Of a stretch of DNA of 64,000 nucleotides, positions 53,841 through 62,760 are shown in pieces (within the stretch, counting starts at the first letter, position 1; every line of letters begins with the position of its first letter). The translations under genes and the position numbers were made by a program. The notes below the pieces were generated by a model, which was not told the origin of the DNA, did no database searches, and worked only from the letters and a program-made list of their open reading frames with translations. This stretch comes from Myxococcota bacterium (GTDB lineage Bacteria > Myxococcota_A > UBA9160 > UBA4427), in assembly GCA_050618075.1 (NCBI GenBank), contig JBNLVL010000026.1, forward strand, positions 58,558 to 122,557, read 5' to 3'.

Positions 53841-55190
53841 TCACTCCTCGTCGGAGATGTCTTCGAGCTCCCGGCGCGCCGTCTCGGGAACCATCAACGC
53901 GACCCCGCCCGCGATCAGGGTCAGGAACACGATGACGCTGGCGGCCGGGGCGTAGCTCGCGCCTTCGGCGGTGAGCAGGCTGACCGCCGCCAGGCCGCTG
54001 GCCGCGCCCAGGGTCTCGAAGAGGCTGAGGGACCCCGACGCGGTGCCCCGGGACGACGTGGGGAACAGCTCGGTCGAGAGCGCGCGTACGACGGTGTTGC
54101 CGCCGGTGGTGACGAAGACCATGGGAATCCACACGGCGGGGATCCAGAAGGTCGGGACGTTGTAGAAGGCGCAGGCGAAGACCGGGAACAGTCCGAGGAT
54201 GAGGAACCCCACCACGCGGCGCCCCAGGCGGTCGGCGAAGCGCCCCACGGCGGTGTTGCCGATGATCCCGACCGCGCCCCCGAGGATCACCATGGTGCTG
54301 TACTGCCCCTTGGTGAACCCGTGGTCCGTCAGCACGAAGTCGCCCACCAGCTGGTGCGCCATGCCGTGGCCCGCGGCCGCGAGGGAGCCGATCGAGGCGA
54401 GCGCCAGGGAGCGGCCGGGGTAGCGCTTCGCGAGGGTCGCGAAGGGCCTCCACCAGCCCAGGAGCCACGAGCCCGTGGCCCGCACGTCCCGACTGCGGGT
54501 GAACCGGTGGGTCTCCGGAACCCGGCGGTGGAACATCGGGAGCAGGAAGAGCGGTATGGCGCCGAACACGTAGAGAGCGCGCCAGCCGTAGGGCAGGTGG
54601 TCGGACAGGGGAAAGACGAGGGCGCCGAGGCCGAAGCCCACGGCGCCGAGCGCCCCGAGGATGCCCACCGCCCAGCCGCGGTGCCGGGCCGGGAACTCCT
54701 CGGCCACGATCACGAACGCCACGGCGGATCCGGCGATGAGAAAGGTGCGCGCCAGCATCTGGATGGCCACGAACTGCGCGGCGGACTGGCTGAAGGCCGT
54801 CAGCAGCGTCGCCAGGCTGGTCCCGGCGACGGACACGAGGAACAGCCGGCGTCGCCCGATGCGGTCCGCGAAGGGGACCAGGAGGACCGCCGGCAGCGCT
54901 CCCAGTCGGACCAGGGCGGTGAGCCCACCCAGGTCGGACTGGGGGATGTCGAAGGAGGCCCGGATGTCCCGGGCGGCGGCGGTCAACATCGAGATGTCGT
55001 AGTGCTCGAAGAGCAGGGCCAGGGCGATGACACCCAGCAGGCCGAGCTGGGCGGGCGTGACCTCGGGCGGCACCCGACCCAGGAAGGGCGGAATCCACCA
55101 GGGCTGACGCGCGGGAAGCGGCTCCGAACGCGGGTCGGCCCGGCCGGAAGCGGCGTCTTTCGAAGACGAATCTCGAGGCGGCTCGCTCAC
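53841..55190 (-). CDS. MFS transporter
   Basis: 449-aa ORF with 12 TM-like segments and MFS signature-like DRIGRRR / DRLGRR loops. Confidence 0.9.
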   Translation of the reverse strand: MSEPPRDSSSKDAASGRADPRSEPLPARQPWWIPPFLGRVPPEVTPAQLGLLGVIALALLFEHYDISMLTAAARDIRASFDIPQSDLGGLTALVRLGALPAVLLVPFADRIGRRRLFLVSVAGTSLATLLTAFSQSAAQFVAIQMLARTFLIAGSAVAFVIVAEEFPARHRGWAVGILGALGAVGFGLGALVFPLSDHLPYGWRALYVFGAIPLFLLPMFHRRVPETHRFTRSRDVRATGSWLLGWWRPFATLAKRYPGRSLALASIGSLAAAGHGMAHQLVGDFVLTDHGFTKGQYSTMVILGGAVGIIGNTAVGRFADRLGRRVVGFLILGLFPVFACAFYNVPTFWIPAVWIPMVFVTTGGNTVVRALSTELFPTSSRGTASGSLSLFETLGAASGLAAVSLLTAEGASYAPAASVIVFLTLIAGGVALMVPETARRELEDISDEE

Positions 55191-55236
55191 GGCCCGGCCA
55201 CGTTAGCGCCCCGTCCAGGGCGCCGCATCGCGAGCG

Positions 55237-56280
55237 TCAGCCCCGCCCCTTCCAGATGCCGCGCAGCAGCGCAGCCTTCCAGTCGAGATCCGCTCCGGGC
55301 TCGTTCGACCGGCGCACCTCGGCGGGCGGCGTCGGCGTGGCCTCGGCCTCCGCGGCTCCGAGAGGCCTCTCGATGCGCAGCTCGGTCATGACCTCGAGGG
55401 CGAGGTCCCGCATCTGCCGGTGGATCTCGGTGCCGCGCGCGGCGTGCAGGATCGATCGCGGCTGGCCTTCGGCCGACTGCAGGGCCTCGACCCTCGGGCT
55501 CCGGGAGAGCGTGGTGCGGTAGCGCGGCCAGCCGCGCCGGGCGATCTCGTCGGCGAGCACGTCGATGAGGCCGTCGCCGGCCTCGGCGCCCCGGCTGCGC
55601 CGGTCGACGAGGGTCAGCAGGATGCGCGCACGGCCCGCGCCCAGCTGCGCGCGGTCGAGCAGGCGGAACACCTTCTCGGCCTCGATCAACGACGCGCGAT
55701 CGGCCACGGGGACGATGACGCGGTCCGCCGCGTAGTAGGCGTTCTGGGTGAGCGACTCGAGATCGCTCTTGGTGTCCAGGATGACGACACCGGGCCAGTC
55801 GGTCGCGGCGAGGATGCGACGCAGGATCTGCGGGTCCTCGGCCCTTCCCTTGAGCATCGCCGTGTCGGGCGGGGAGGGAACGTAGTGGACGCCGTACTGA
55901 CCCATCTGGATCACCCGGGTCAGGCTGCGCTGGGCCCAGCCGTGCTTCAGGTTCTCGAGGTGGGCCCGGTCGTCTCCCAGACCGAACATGCGATCGATGG
56001 TGTCCTGGTCGTCCAGGCCGACCATCAGGATCGGCAGGTCCTCTCGCAGGGCGCGCAGATAGACGGCCAGGTTCGTGGAGACCGTCGTCTTCCCGACTCC
56101 GCCCTTGTTGGACGAGACGGCGATCACCCGGCTGCGTCCCACCACGCCACTGCGCGGATCGAAGCCGTCGAAGGGACGCCCGCTGCCGCCGGGCGCGAAC
56201 GGACCGGCCGCCGGGACCGGTCTGGAGGGCCGGGCTTCGGGGGGGCCGTGGTCCGTGGATGCATCGGCTCGGGAGGACAC
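55237..56280 (-). CDS. ParA/MinD-like P-loop ATPase with disordered N-terminal extension
   Basis: Deviant Walker A SSNKGGVGKTT, then ILDTKSD and VIVPV blocks. The roughly 50-aa Pro/Gly-rich N-terminus makes the start uncertain. Confidence 0.8.
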   Translation of the reverse strand: MSSRADASTDHGPPEARPSRPVPAAGPFAPGGSGRPFDGFDPRSGVVGRSRVIAVSSNKGGVGKTTVSTNLAVYLRALREDLPILMVGLDDQDTIDRMFGLGDDRAHLENLKHGWAQRSLTRVIQMGQYGVHYVPSPPDTAMLKGRAEDPQILRRILAATDWPGVVILDTKSDLESLTQNAYYAADRVIVPVADRASLIEAEKVFRLLDRAQLGAGRARILLTLVDRRSRGAEAGDGLIDVLADEIARRGWPRYRTTLSRSPRVEALQSAEGQPRSILHAARGTEIHRQMRDLALEVMTELRIERPLGAAEAEATPTPPAEVRRSNEPGADLDWKAALLRGIWKGRG

Positions 56281-56306
56281 GACAGCAAGGGTACCCTTCG
56301 GGTAGG

Positions 56307-57314
56307 ATGGCTTCCATGGATACCCGGGGCGGCGAGGCGGGGGCGGCGGTCGACCCGCCCCGGCCGACGGTCACGGCCGAGACCGTGCGCGAGTGGGGGC
56401 GCCGCTACTCGAACTGGGGCCGCTGGGGCGAGGACGACCAGCGCGGGGCCCTGAACTTCATCATCCCCGAGCGCGTGCGCGCCGCGTGCGCCCTTCCGCA
56501 CACCGGACGGGTCGTCTCCTGCGCCCTGCCCTTCGACGATCGCGGCCCCCAGACCGGCGGCGGAGCGCGCCACAACCCCATCCACTTCATGCTCGCCGAC
56601 GGCGGCGACGCCCTGTCCGGCGCCCAGGACCGGATTCCCGGCGGGTTCCGCTACGCCGACGACGCCGTGACCATGCCCCTCCAGTGCGGCACCCAGTGGG
56701 ACGCGCTGTCCCACGTCTTCTACGACGGGAAGATGTACAACGACCGCGACATCCGCCTGGTGACCAGCCGTGGCGCGCGCGCCAACGGCATCGAGCAGCT
56801 GGCCAACGACGTCGTGGGACGCGGCGTGCTGCTCGACCTGCCGCGACATCGCGGAGTGGACTGGCTCGCCGACGGCACCCCCATCCTGCCCGAGGAGCTC
56901 GACGCCTGTGCCGAAGCCAGCGGCGTGGCCGTCGAGTCGGGAGACATCGTCCTGGTGCGAACCGGCATGCTGACCCGCTGCCTCGCCGAGAAGAGCTGGG
57001 CCGGATACTGCGGCGGGCCCGCCCCCGGCCTGTCGATCCACTGCGCCCACTGGCTCTACGAACGGGAGATCGCGGCGGTGGCCACCGACACCTGGGGAGT
57101 GGAGGTCCTGCCGAACGAGACACCCGACTGCTTCCAGCCCCTGCACATGGTCTCCCTGCGCAACACCGGAGTGACCTTCGGCGAGATCTTCCATCTCGAC
57201 CGCCTGGCCGAGGCGTGCGCCGAGGACGGCCGCTACGCCTTCCTGTTCAGCGCGCCGCCGCTGCCCATCACCGGCGCGGTCGGGTCCCCCATCAACCCCC
57301 TGGCCATCAAGTAG
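56307..57314 (+). CDS. Cyclase-family protein (kynurenine formamidase-like fold)
   Basis: Trimmed to ATG 56307. Blocks GTQWDALSHVFYDG, GRGVLLDL and GDIVLVRTG are typical of putative cyclases. Confidence 0.85.
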   Translation: MASMDTRGGEAGAAVDPPRPTVTAETVREWGRRYSNWGRWGEDDQRGALNFIIPERVRAACALPHTGRVVSCALPFDDRGPQTGGGARHNPIHFMLADGGDALSGAQDRIPGGFRYADDAVTMPLQCGTQWDALSHVFYDGKMYNDRDIRLVTSRGARANGIEQLANDVVGRGVLLDLPRHRGVDWLADGTPILPEELDACAEASGVAVESGDIVLVRTGMLTRCLAEKSWAGYCGGPAPGLSIHCAHWLYEREIAAVATDTWGVEVLPNETPDCFQPLHMVSLRNTGVTFGEIFHLDRLAEACAEDGRYAFLFSAPPLPITGAVGSPINPLAIK

Positions 57315-57317
57315 GCC

Positions 57318-59891
57318 TTGGCCTCCCGAGCGCCCGCGCCTCCGCTGTGGCCCCTCGCCTGCCTGTTCGCGCTCTCGGGCGCGGGCGCCCTGGTGGTGGA
57401 GACCACCTGGATGCGCTGGCTGCGGGACCTGCTGGGCGCCACCGCTCCGGCCGCGGCCGCCACCACCGTCGCCTTCTTCGCCGGCGGCGCGCTCGGCGCC
57501 GGGCTCGGCGGGCGCCTGGCCGGGCGCCTGGCCGACCGCGGGCGCGCGCTGCGCGCCTACGCGGGGATCGAGCTGCTGGCCGTCGCCGGCGCCCTCGCCA
57601 CCCCCGCGCTCCTGGCCCTGGGAACGCACCTCATGGGCGCCCTCTACCCCTTCCTCCAGGACGCACCGGCGACCCTGCTGGCCCTCCGCTTCGGACTCGC
57701 CCTGCTGGCCACACTCCCGGCCGGGGTGGCCTACGGCGCGACGTTTCCGGTGATCGGCGCCGCGGCGCTGCCCGACCCCGGCTCGCTGGGGTCCCGCGGC
57801 AGCGGGCTCTACGCGACCAACACCGCCGGGGCCGCCCTGGGCGCGGGCGCGGCCGCCTGGTGGCTGCCCCCGCACCTGGGCGTCGTCGGCACCTACGGCG
57901 TCGGTGTGGCGCTGGCGCTGGCGGCCGCCGCGGGAGCGGCGGGGCTGGCCTTTCGCACGGCGACGCCCGCCGCGAGGCCCTCGGCCGCGCCTCCGGCCGC
58001 GGAGGACGCGGCCATGGCCGCGAGCCCCCTCGCCCTGGCCGCCCTGTCGGGATTCGTGGCCCTGGCCGCCCAGGTGCTGCTGGTGCAGGCCTTCGCCCAG
58101 GTGGTGAACCAGTCCGTGGTGGCCTTCGGCGCCGTCCTGGTCACCCTTCTCGGCGGCCTCGCTCTGGGCGCCTACGGGGTGGCGGCCCTGCGCCGGCGCG
58201 GCCTCGCTCCCCCCCGCACGCTCCTCGCCTGGGCGCTGGTCGCGTCGGCGCTGGGACTCGCGGCCTTTCCGGCCCTGCTGTTCCGCGCCACCGGCGGCCT
58301 CGGCTACATCGGGGGCGGCGGCGGCCCCTACGCCCTGGCCGTGGTGCTCACGGTGGTGGGGACGGCCGGTCCGGCCCTGCTGGCCTCGGCCTGCGTCTGG
58401 CCCGCGACCCTGGCGCTGGCCGGGCAAGCCCCGGAGCCCGCCCGGTCGGACGCGGCCCGGCGGTCCGGCGGCGCGGCAGCGGGCGCGCGGATCGGGCGTC
58501 TGGCCGTGGCCAATACGCTGGGAGCCATCGCCGGCGCGATCGCCGCGCCGTTCGTCCTGCTCCCGGTCTGTGGGCTCTGGGGCGCGTTCGCCGGGCTCGC
58601 CGCGATCTGCGGGGCGGGCGCGCTGGTCCTGGCCTTCGCCGCGGGCGCCCGGCGCTTGCGCGTGGCCGCGGCCGTCGCGGCGGGCGCCCTCGCGGTCGGG
58701 GTCGTCGCCGACCCCCTCGCCCTTCCCCTCACGGCGACGGCCTCGGGCGAGCGCGTGGTCGACCAGCGCGCGACGGCCGCCGGGGTGGTCTCCGTGGTCG
58801 AGCGCGACCGCGAGCGCCTCATCCGCATCGACAACCACTACGCCCTGGGCGGCACCTCCGAGCGGCGCCACGAGGAGCGCCAGGGGCACCTGCCGCTGGT
58901 CCTCCACGGCTCCGCCCGGCGCGTGGCCTTCGTCGGGACGGCCACCGGAATCACCGCCGGCGCCGCGCTCGCCCACGACGTCGAGCGCATCCAGCTCGTG
59001 GAGATCGTCCCCGAGGTGGCGCGCATGGCGGGCCTCCACTTCGAGCGGGCGAACCGCGGCGTCTATGACGATGGGCGCAGCCGCGTCGCCCTGGACGACG
59101 CGCGCAACTACTTCCGCCAGGCGCAGGACCGGTTCGACGTGATCGTGGCCGACCTGTTCGTCCCGTGGCGGGCCGGGACCGGCGCGCTCTACACCCGGGA
59201 GCACCTGGAGGCCGTGCGCGATCGCCTCGCACCGGGCGGGCTCTTCTGCCAGTGGCTCCCGCTCTACCAGCTCTCCGACGACGAAGTCTCGGTCATCGTC
59301 GCCACCTTCGGCGACGTCTTCCCGACGGCCGGGGTCTTCCGCGGCGACTTCTACGGTGCCTTTCCGATCCTCGCCCTGGTCGGCTGGGGGGATCGCCCGG
59401 CGGCGGCCCGTACGATCGAGACCGCCGCCCGCGGCCTTGCGCGCGCGGGCGTCGAGGACCGCTGGGTGACCGATCCGCTGGCGATCTGGTCCCTTTACGT
59501 GGCCCCTGCGCCCGCGGACCCGGAGCGCCGGGTTCCGAGGAACCTGGACGCCTGGCCCCGCATCGAGTTCATGGCCGCCCGCCGTCACGCCGGGGGCCGC
59601 CACGGCAAGCTCGATCCCCTGGTGGGCTCGGCCTGGATGCGCCGCGCCGCGGCGTGGCAGCGCGCGGCGCCGTCGCCGGATCCCCTGTTCCCGGGCCTGT
59701 CGCCCGAGGCGCTGCGGGCCCGGCGCGCCGGCGACGCGCTCCAGCTGGCCGGCGCCCTGTTCGCCGAAGGGCGCACGGGCGAGTCCTCCCGCGCCCTGGC
59801 CGTGGGCGCGGAGCTGCTGCCCCGCCGACTGCTCCTGGACGCGCCCGCGGACCCCAGCGCTCTCGAGGTGTGGTTCGAGCCGGAGCGCTGA
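57318..59891 (+). CDS. Fused polytopic membrane domain + spermidine-synthase-like (class I methyltransferase fold) protein
   Basis: 857-aa ORF with TTG start 3 nt after the upstream stop. The N-terminal ~480 aa are Ala/Gly/Leu-rich TM helices. The C-terminus has VAFVGTATGITAG, FDVIVADLF and GGLFCQWLPLYQ, typical of spermidine-synthase-like modules. Confidence 0.8.
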   Translation: MASRAPAPPLWPLACLFALSGAGALVVETTWMRWLRDLLGATAPAAAATTVAFFAGGALGAGLGGRLAGRLADRGRALRAYAGIELLAVAGALATPALLALGTHLMGALYPFLQDAPATLLALRFGLALLATLPAGVAYGATFPVIGAAALPDPGSLGSRGSGLYATNTAGAALGAGAAAWWLPPHLGVVGTYGVGVALALAAAAGAAGLAFRTATPAARPSAAPPAAEDAAMAASPLALAALSGFVALAAQVLLVQAFAQVVNQSVVAFGAVLVTLLGGLALGAYGVAALRRRGLAPPRTLLAWALVASALGLAAFPALLFRATGGLGYIGGGGGPYALAVVLTVVGTAGPALLASACVWPATLALAGQAPEPARSDAARRSGGAAAGARIGRLAVANTLGAIAGAIAAPFVLLPVCGLWGAFAGLAAICGAGALVLAFAAGARRLRVAAAVAAGALAVGVVADPLALPLTATASGERVVDQRATAAGVVSVVERDRERLIRIDNHYALGGTSERRHEERQGHLPLVLHGSARRVAFVGTATGITAGAALAHDVERIQLVEIVPEVARMAGLHFERANRGVYDDGRSRVALDDARNYFRQAQDRFDVIVADLFVPWRAGTGALYTREHLEAVRDRLAPGGLFCQWLPLYQLSDDEVSVIVATFGDVFPTAGVFRGDFYGAFPILALVGWGDRPAAARTIETAARGLARAGVEDRWVTDPLAIWSLYVAPAPADPERRVPRNLDAWPRIEFMAARRHAGGRHGKLDPLVGSAWMRRAAAWQRAAPSPDPLFPGLSPEALRARRAGDALQLAGALFAEGRTGESSRALAVGAELLPRRLLLDAPADPSALEVWFEPER

Positions 59892-60065
59892 GCCGCCCGC
59901 GAGATGACCCCAGCCGACCGGGTGCGAAGTGCAGAGACGCGGTGCGCCGGCTCCGTGTCCCGCCCGCATCCACTTCGCAACGATCGTCGAAGTCAGGAGT
60001 CGGACGGCAACGTCCGCCGTCCCCGAACCGCTCTCGCCGCGGGCGAGACGAAGGAGATCTTCCAG

Positions 60066-60794
60066 ATGACCCTGTGTTCCAGCCGGCGCGTCGCCGGAAC
60101 GACCCGAGCGACGCTCGCGACCCTCGCCAGCTTCACCCTTTCGTTCGCTCTCGCCGGGGCCGCCGGCGCGGCCGACGTCTACGTGGTCCACGGCATCGAC
60201 GGCACCGACCTCGGCCTCGACCAGGCCCTCGCCGTGGACATCGAGGTCGACGGCAGCTGCGACCTCAGCGCGGTCGAGTTCGGAGACGTGGCCGGCGCGG
60301 TGGCGATCGAGACCGGAGAGGTCGAGATCGACGTCTACCTGTCCGACGGCACTTGCGGCAGCACCCAGGCGATCTCCGGCACCTTCGACCTGGCGATCGG
60401 GGAGACCGCGATCCTCGTGGCCCACCTCGACCAGAACGGAACGCCCACGCTGTCGAAGTTCACGGCCGATACGACGGCCCTCGCCGAGGGCCGCTTCCGG
60501 ATCAGCGTGGCCCACGCCGCGGCCGCACCGGGCGTGATCGTCAAGCTCCAGAACCAGGACAAGAAGAAGCAGAGGGCGACGACCGAGGCCATCCGCAACG
60601 GCCAGCAGAGCTTCGCCGCCGTCCTGAAGGAAGGCACCTACAAGGCGAAGATCTCGGCGGCGGCGGGCGGCGCGAACGTCGCGACCCTGAAGGACGTGCC
60701 CCTGGCGGGCAACCTGGTGTTCGTGGCGGTGGGATCCCTGGCGGGAGACACCCTGGACGTGATCCCGGTGGAGATCGGAGCCGGCCCGATCTAG
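60066..60794 (+). CDS. DUF4397-like secreted protein
   Basis: ATG 60066, preceded by GAAGGAGA. Signal peptide ATLATLASFTLSFALAGAAGAAD. Beta-rich repeats resemble DUF4397 by recall. Confidence 0.75.
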   Translation: MTLCSSRRVAGTTRATLATLASFTLSFALAGAAGAADVYVVHGIDGTDLGLDQALAVDIEVDGSCDLSAVEFGDVAGAVAIETGEVEIDVYLSDGTCGSTQAISGTFDLAIGETAILVAHLDQNGTPTLSKFTADTTALAEGRFRISVAHAAAAPGVIVKLQNQDKKKQRATTEAIRNGQQSFAAVLKEGTYKAKISAAAGGANVATLKDVPLAGNLVFVAVGSLAGDTLDVIPVEIGAGPI

Positions 60795-60822
60795 TCGCAG
60801 TCTCCGTGGGCACCCGAGCCGC

Positions 60823-60852
60823 CCCCACCGGCGTCCCCCGGCGCCGGTGGGG
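60823..60852 (+). terminator. GC-rich hairpin downstream of DUF4397 gene (possible intrinsic terminator without U-tract)
   Basis: 11-bp perfect stem CCCCACCGGCG (60823-60833) / CGCCGGTGGGG (60842-60852) with 8-nt loop. No T-run follows. Confidence 0.35.
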
Positions 60853-60985
60853 TGCGGGGCCCGGACCTCGCTCGTCTCCCCCGGCGATGTCGATACCATG
60901 GCACCGGTCGATCGATCCAGGCATCGAAACCGGAACCATCCGGCCGGGGGAGTCCGGCGGATCCGCATTGGAGAGAAGCAATCCC

Positions 60986-61369
60986 ATGGCCGCCTTCATG
61001 AAGCCCTACGAGAACCAGACCTACGCCCTGCTGCGCATCGTGGCGGGCCTGCTGTTCCTCTGGCACGGAACGCAGAAGCTGTTCGGCTTTCCGGTTCCCG
61101 CCCACGAAGGAACGCCGGCCTTCATCACCTACATCGCGGGACCGATCGAGCTCTTCGGAGGCGTGCTCGTCATGATCGGCCTCCAGACCCGCTGGGCGGC
61201 CTTCCTCTGCAGCGGGCTGATGGCCGCCGCCTACTGGATGGCCCACGGCACCAAGGCGCTCTTCCCCATCGCCAACGGCGGAGAGATAACCATCCTCTAC
61301 TGCTTCGTCTTCCTGTTCATCGCCGCGAAGGGCTCGGGCGCCTGGAGCGTGGACGACGCGCGCGGCTAG
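60986..61369 (+). CDS. DoxX-family membrane protein
   Basis: Trimmed to ATG 60986. LLRIVAGLLFLWHGTQKLFG and ELFGGVLVMIGL motifs. Confidence 0.9.
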   Translation: MAAFMKPYENQTYALLRIVAGLLFLWHGTQKLFGFPVPAHEGTPAFITYIAGPIELFGGVLVMIGLQTRWAAFLCSGLMAAAYWMAHGTKALFPIANGGEITILYCFVFLFIAAKGSGAWSVDDARG

Positions 61370-62172
61370 CGACCGCCGCCGGGACGCCCGCGACGCTCGG
61401 CGGTCGGGTCGCGCCGCCGGCCGAACGGCCCGGAGATGAGCTGCAGACCGACGTAGGCGCGCCAGTGGAGGCGGTCGTCGGAGCCCCGGCGGACGCGCCG
61501 TCCCCAGGAAGCGAGCAGATGCAGTCGCTGGTGGACGGCCCAGTGGAGCCCGGCGGTGAAGGCGACGTCGGTGTCGGAGAGGTCGTGCCCGGACTCGGTG
61601 GTGAGCTCGGCCAGCAGACTGGCCCCGCCGAAGACCTCGCGGCTCACGGCGAGGCCCGTGAGCCACACATCCGGGCCCGTCGGGCGCCACAGGAAGGTGA
61701 GATCCAGTCCCACGTCGAACCCCGCGATGGAGGACTGGGCCAGCAGGGGCGCCAGCAGCGTGAACCCGTCCTGGGACGCGCCGCGGTCCACGTCGCTCTC
61801 GGCCGTATCGAAGAGCAGGGCCGGCGCCGCCGCGGCCTGCAGCGTCGCGTCGGAGGTCTTCCAGAAGCGCCACTTGGCATGGGCCGCCAGGTGGCCGAAC
61901 CCGGTGTCGGAGCCCGTGCCGGGCTCGTCGCTCACGTACCAGGGGACCAGCGCGCCGACCTCGAGGTCCGGCACCAGGCCGTAGGAGAGGTCGAGCAGCG
62001 GCAGCTGGTACCACTGGCCCGACGCGCGGCGCTCGACGGTGAACGTGAGGATCGATTCCAGGGTGCGGGGGGCGGCGGGAACGGGGTCGTCGGTCAACAG
62101 GGGTGGGCCGGCGTGGCCCGCCCCCGCTGCGAAGAAGCCGAGCACGGAGCTGGCGGCGTGTCGCCAATTCAT
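61366..62172 (-). CDS. Putative outer-membrane beta-barrel protein (MetA-pathway/transporter-like family)
   Basis: 268-aa ORF. Signal-like N-terminus, PLLTDDP motif and alternating beta-strand pattern. The Arg-rich C-terminal tail is atypical. Confidence 0.7.
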   Translation of the reverse strand: MNWRHAASSVLGFFAAGAGHAGPPLLTDDPVPAAPRTLESILTFTVERRASGQWYQLPLLDLSYGLVPDLEVGALVPWYVSDEPGTGSDTGFGHLAAHAKWRFWKTSDATLQAAAAPALLFDTAESDVDRGASQDGFTLLAPLLAQSSIAGFDVGLDLTFLWRPTGPDVWLTGLAVSREVFGGASLLAELTTESGHDLSDTDVAFTAGLHWAVHQRLHLLASWGRRVRRGSDDRLHWRAYVGLQLISGPFGRRRDPTAERRGRPGGGR

Positions 62173-62190
62173 CCGCTCCGGTCCCCTCTC

Positions 62191-62250
62191 TCACGCTCCA
62201 GGGTTTCACGCTCCAGGGCTTCGCGCTCCAGGGGCTTCACGCTCCATGTG
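62191..62250. repeat. 15-16-nt tandem repeat x4 immediately upstream of the outer-membrane protein start codon
   Basis: TCACGCTCCAGGGTT (62191-62205), TCACGCTCCAGGGCT (62206-62220), TCGCGCTCCAGGGGCT (62221-62236), TCACGCTCCATGTG (62237-62250). The start codon is at 62172. Confidence 0.9.
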
Positions 62251-62507
62251 CGGTGGGTCTGGAGGCCCGGGCATGAAAGACCCCGGGAGCGGGACCTCGC
62301 GACGGGGGCGTGAGCCCTCCGCGGCTGCGATCCCCATGGCGGCTACGGCATCCGCGCTCCCGGGGGCGGTGGCGCTGGGAACCCGTTGCGTCCCTTGCAG
62401 CGCCGACATCGATTGGCGATTCGGTCTGGCGTCAGGACGCCGCCACCTCACTCGCCGTAGTGCTACGTTGATCCAATGTGTCACCTCCATGTCGGCATCG
62501 AGACTTC

Positions 62508-62532
62508 GGCGAGGCCCAGACCTCGCCTTTAT
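62508..62532 (+). terminator. Orphan intrinsic-terminator-like hairpin with T-tract
   Basis: GGCGAGG (62508-62514), loop CCCAGA, CCTCGCC (62521-62527), then TTTAT. No annotated plus-strand gene lies upstream within the 590-bp gap. Confidence 0.4.
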
Positions 62533-62760
62533 CCCGGGTTCTGGGCCGGCGCCGTTCCCGCCCCTCCGGGTCGCCCCACCGCACGAATCCCCCATTGGTT
62601 CCGCGGGCAGGACTCGGGGATGAGTGAGATCCCCTCACTTCGAAAGTAGAGTACGCGCCCAGGACGGTCCACGTCCGCAACGCAATCTCCGAACCGGGGC
62701 GCCCGGGCCCCACCCACGGCGCCTGGGCCATTCCCGCGGGTCGGCTAGAATCCGGCGGCG

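Noticed and set aside
62420-62735. ZTP (pfl) riboswitch upstream of purU, suggested by CGCCTGGGC at 62722-62730 and GTCTGGCG at 62427-62434.
   Set aside because: The two half-motifs are about 290 nt apart, the 5' half deviates from GACUGGCG, and I could not find the P2 GGUGG...CCACCGGG hairpin. The resemblance is probably chance in GC-rich DNA. cmsearch with RF01750 would settle it.
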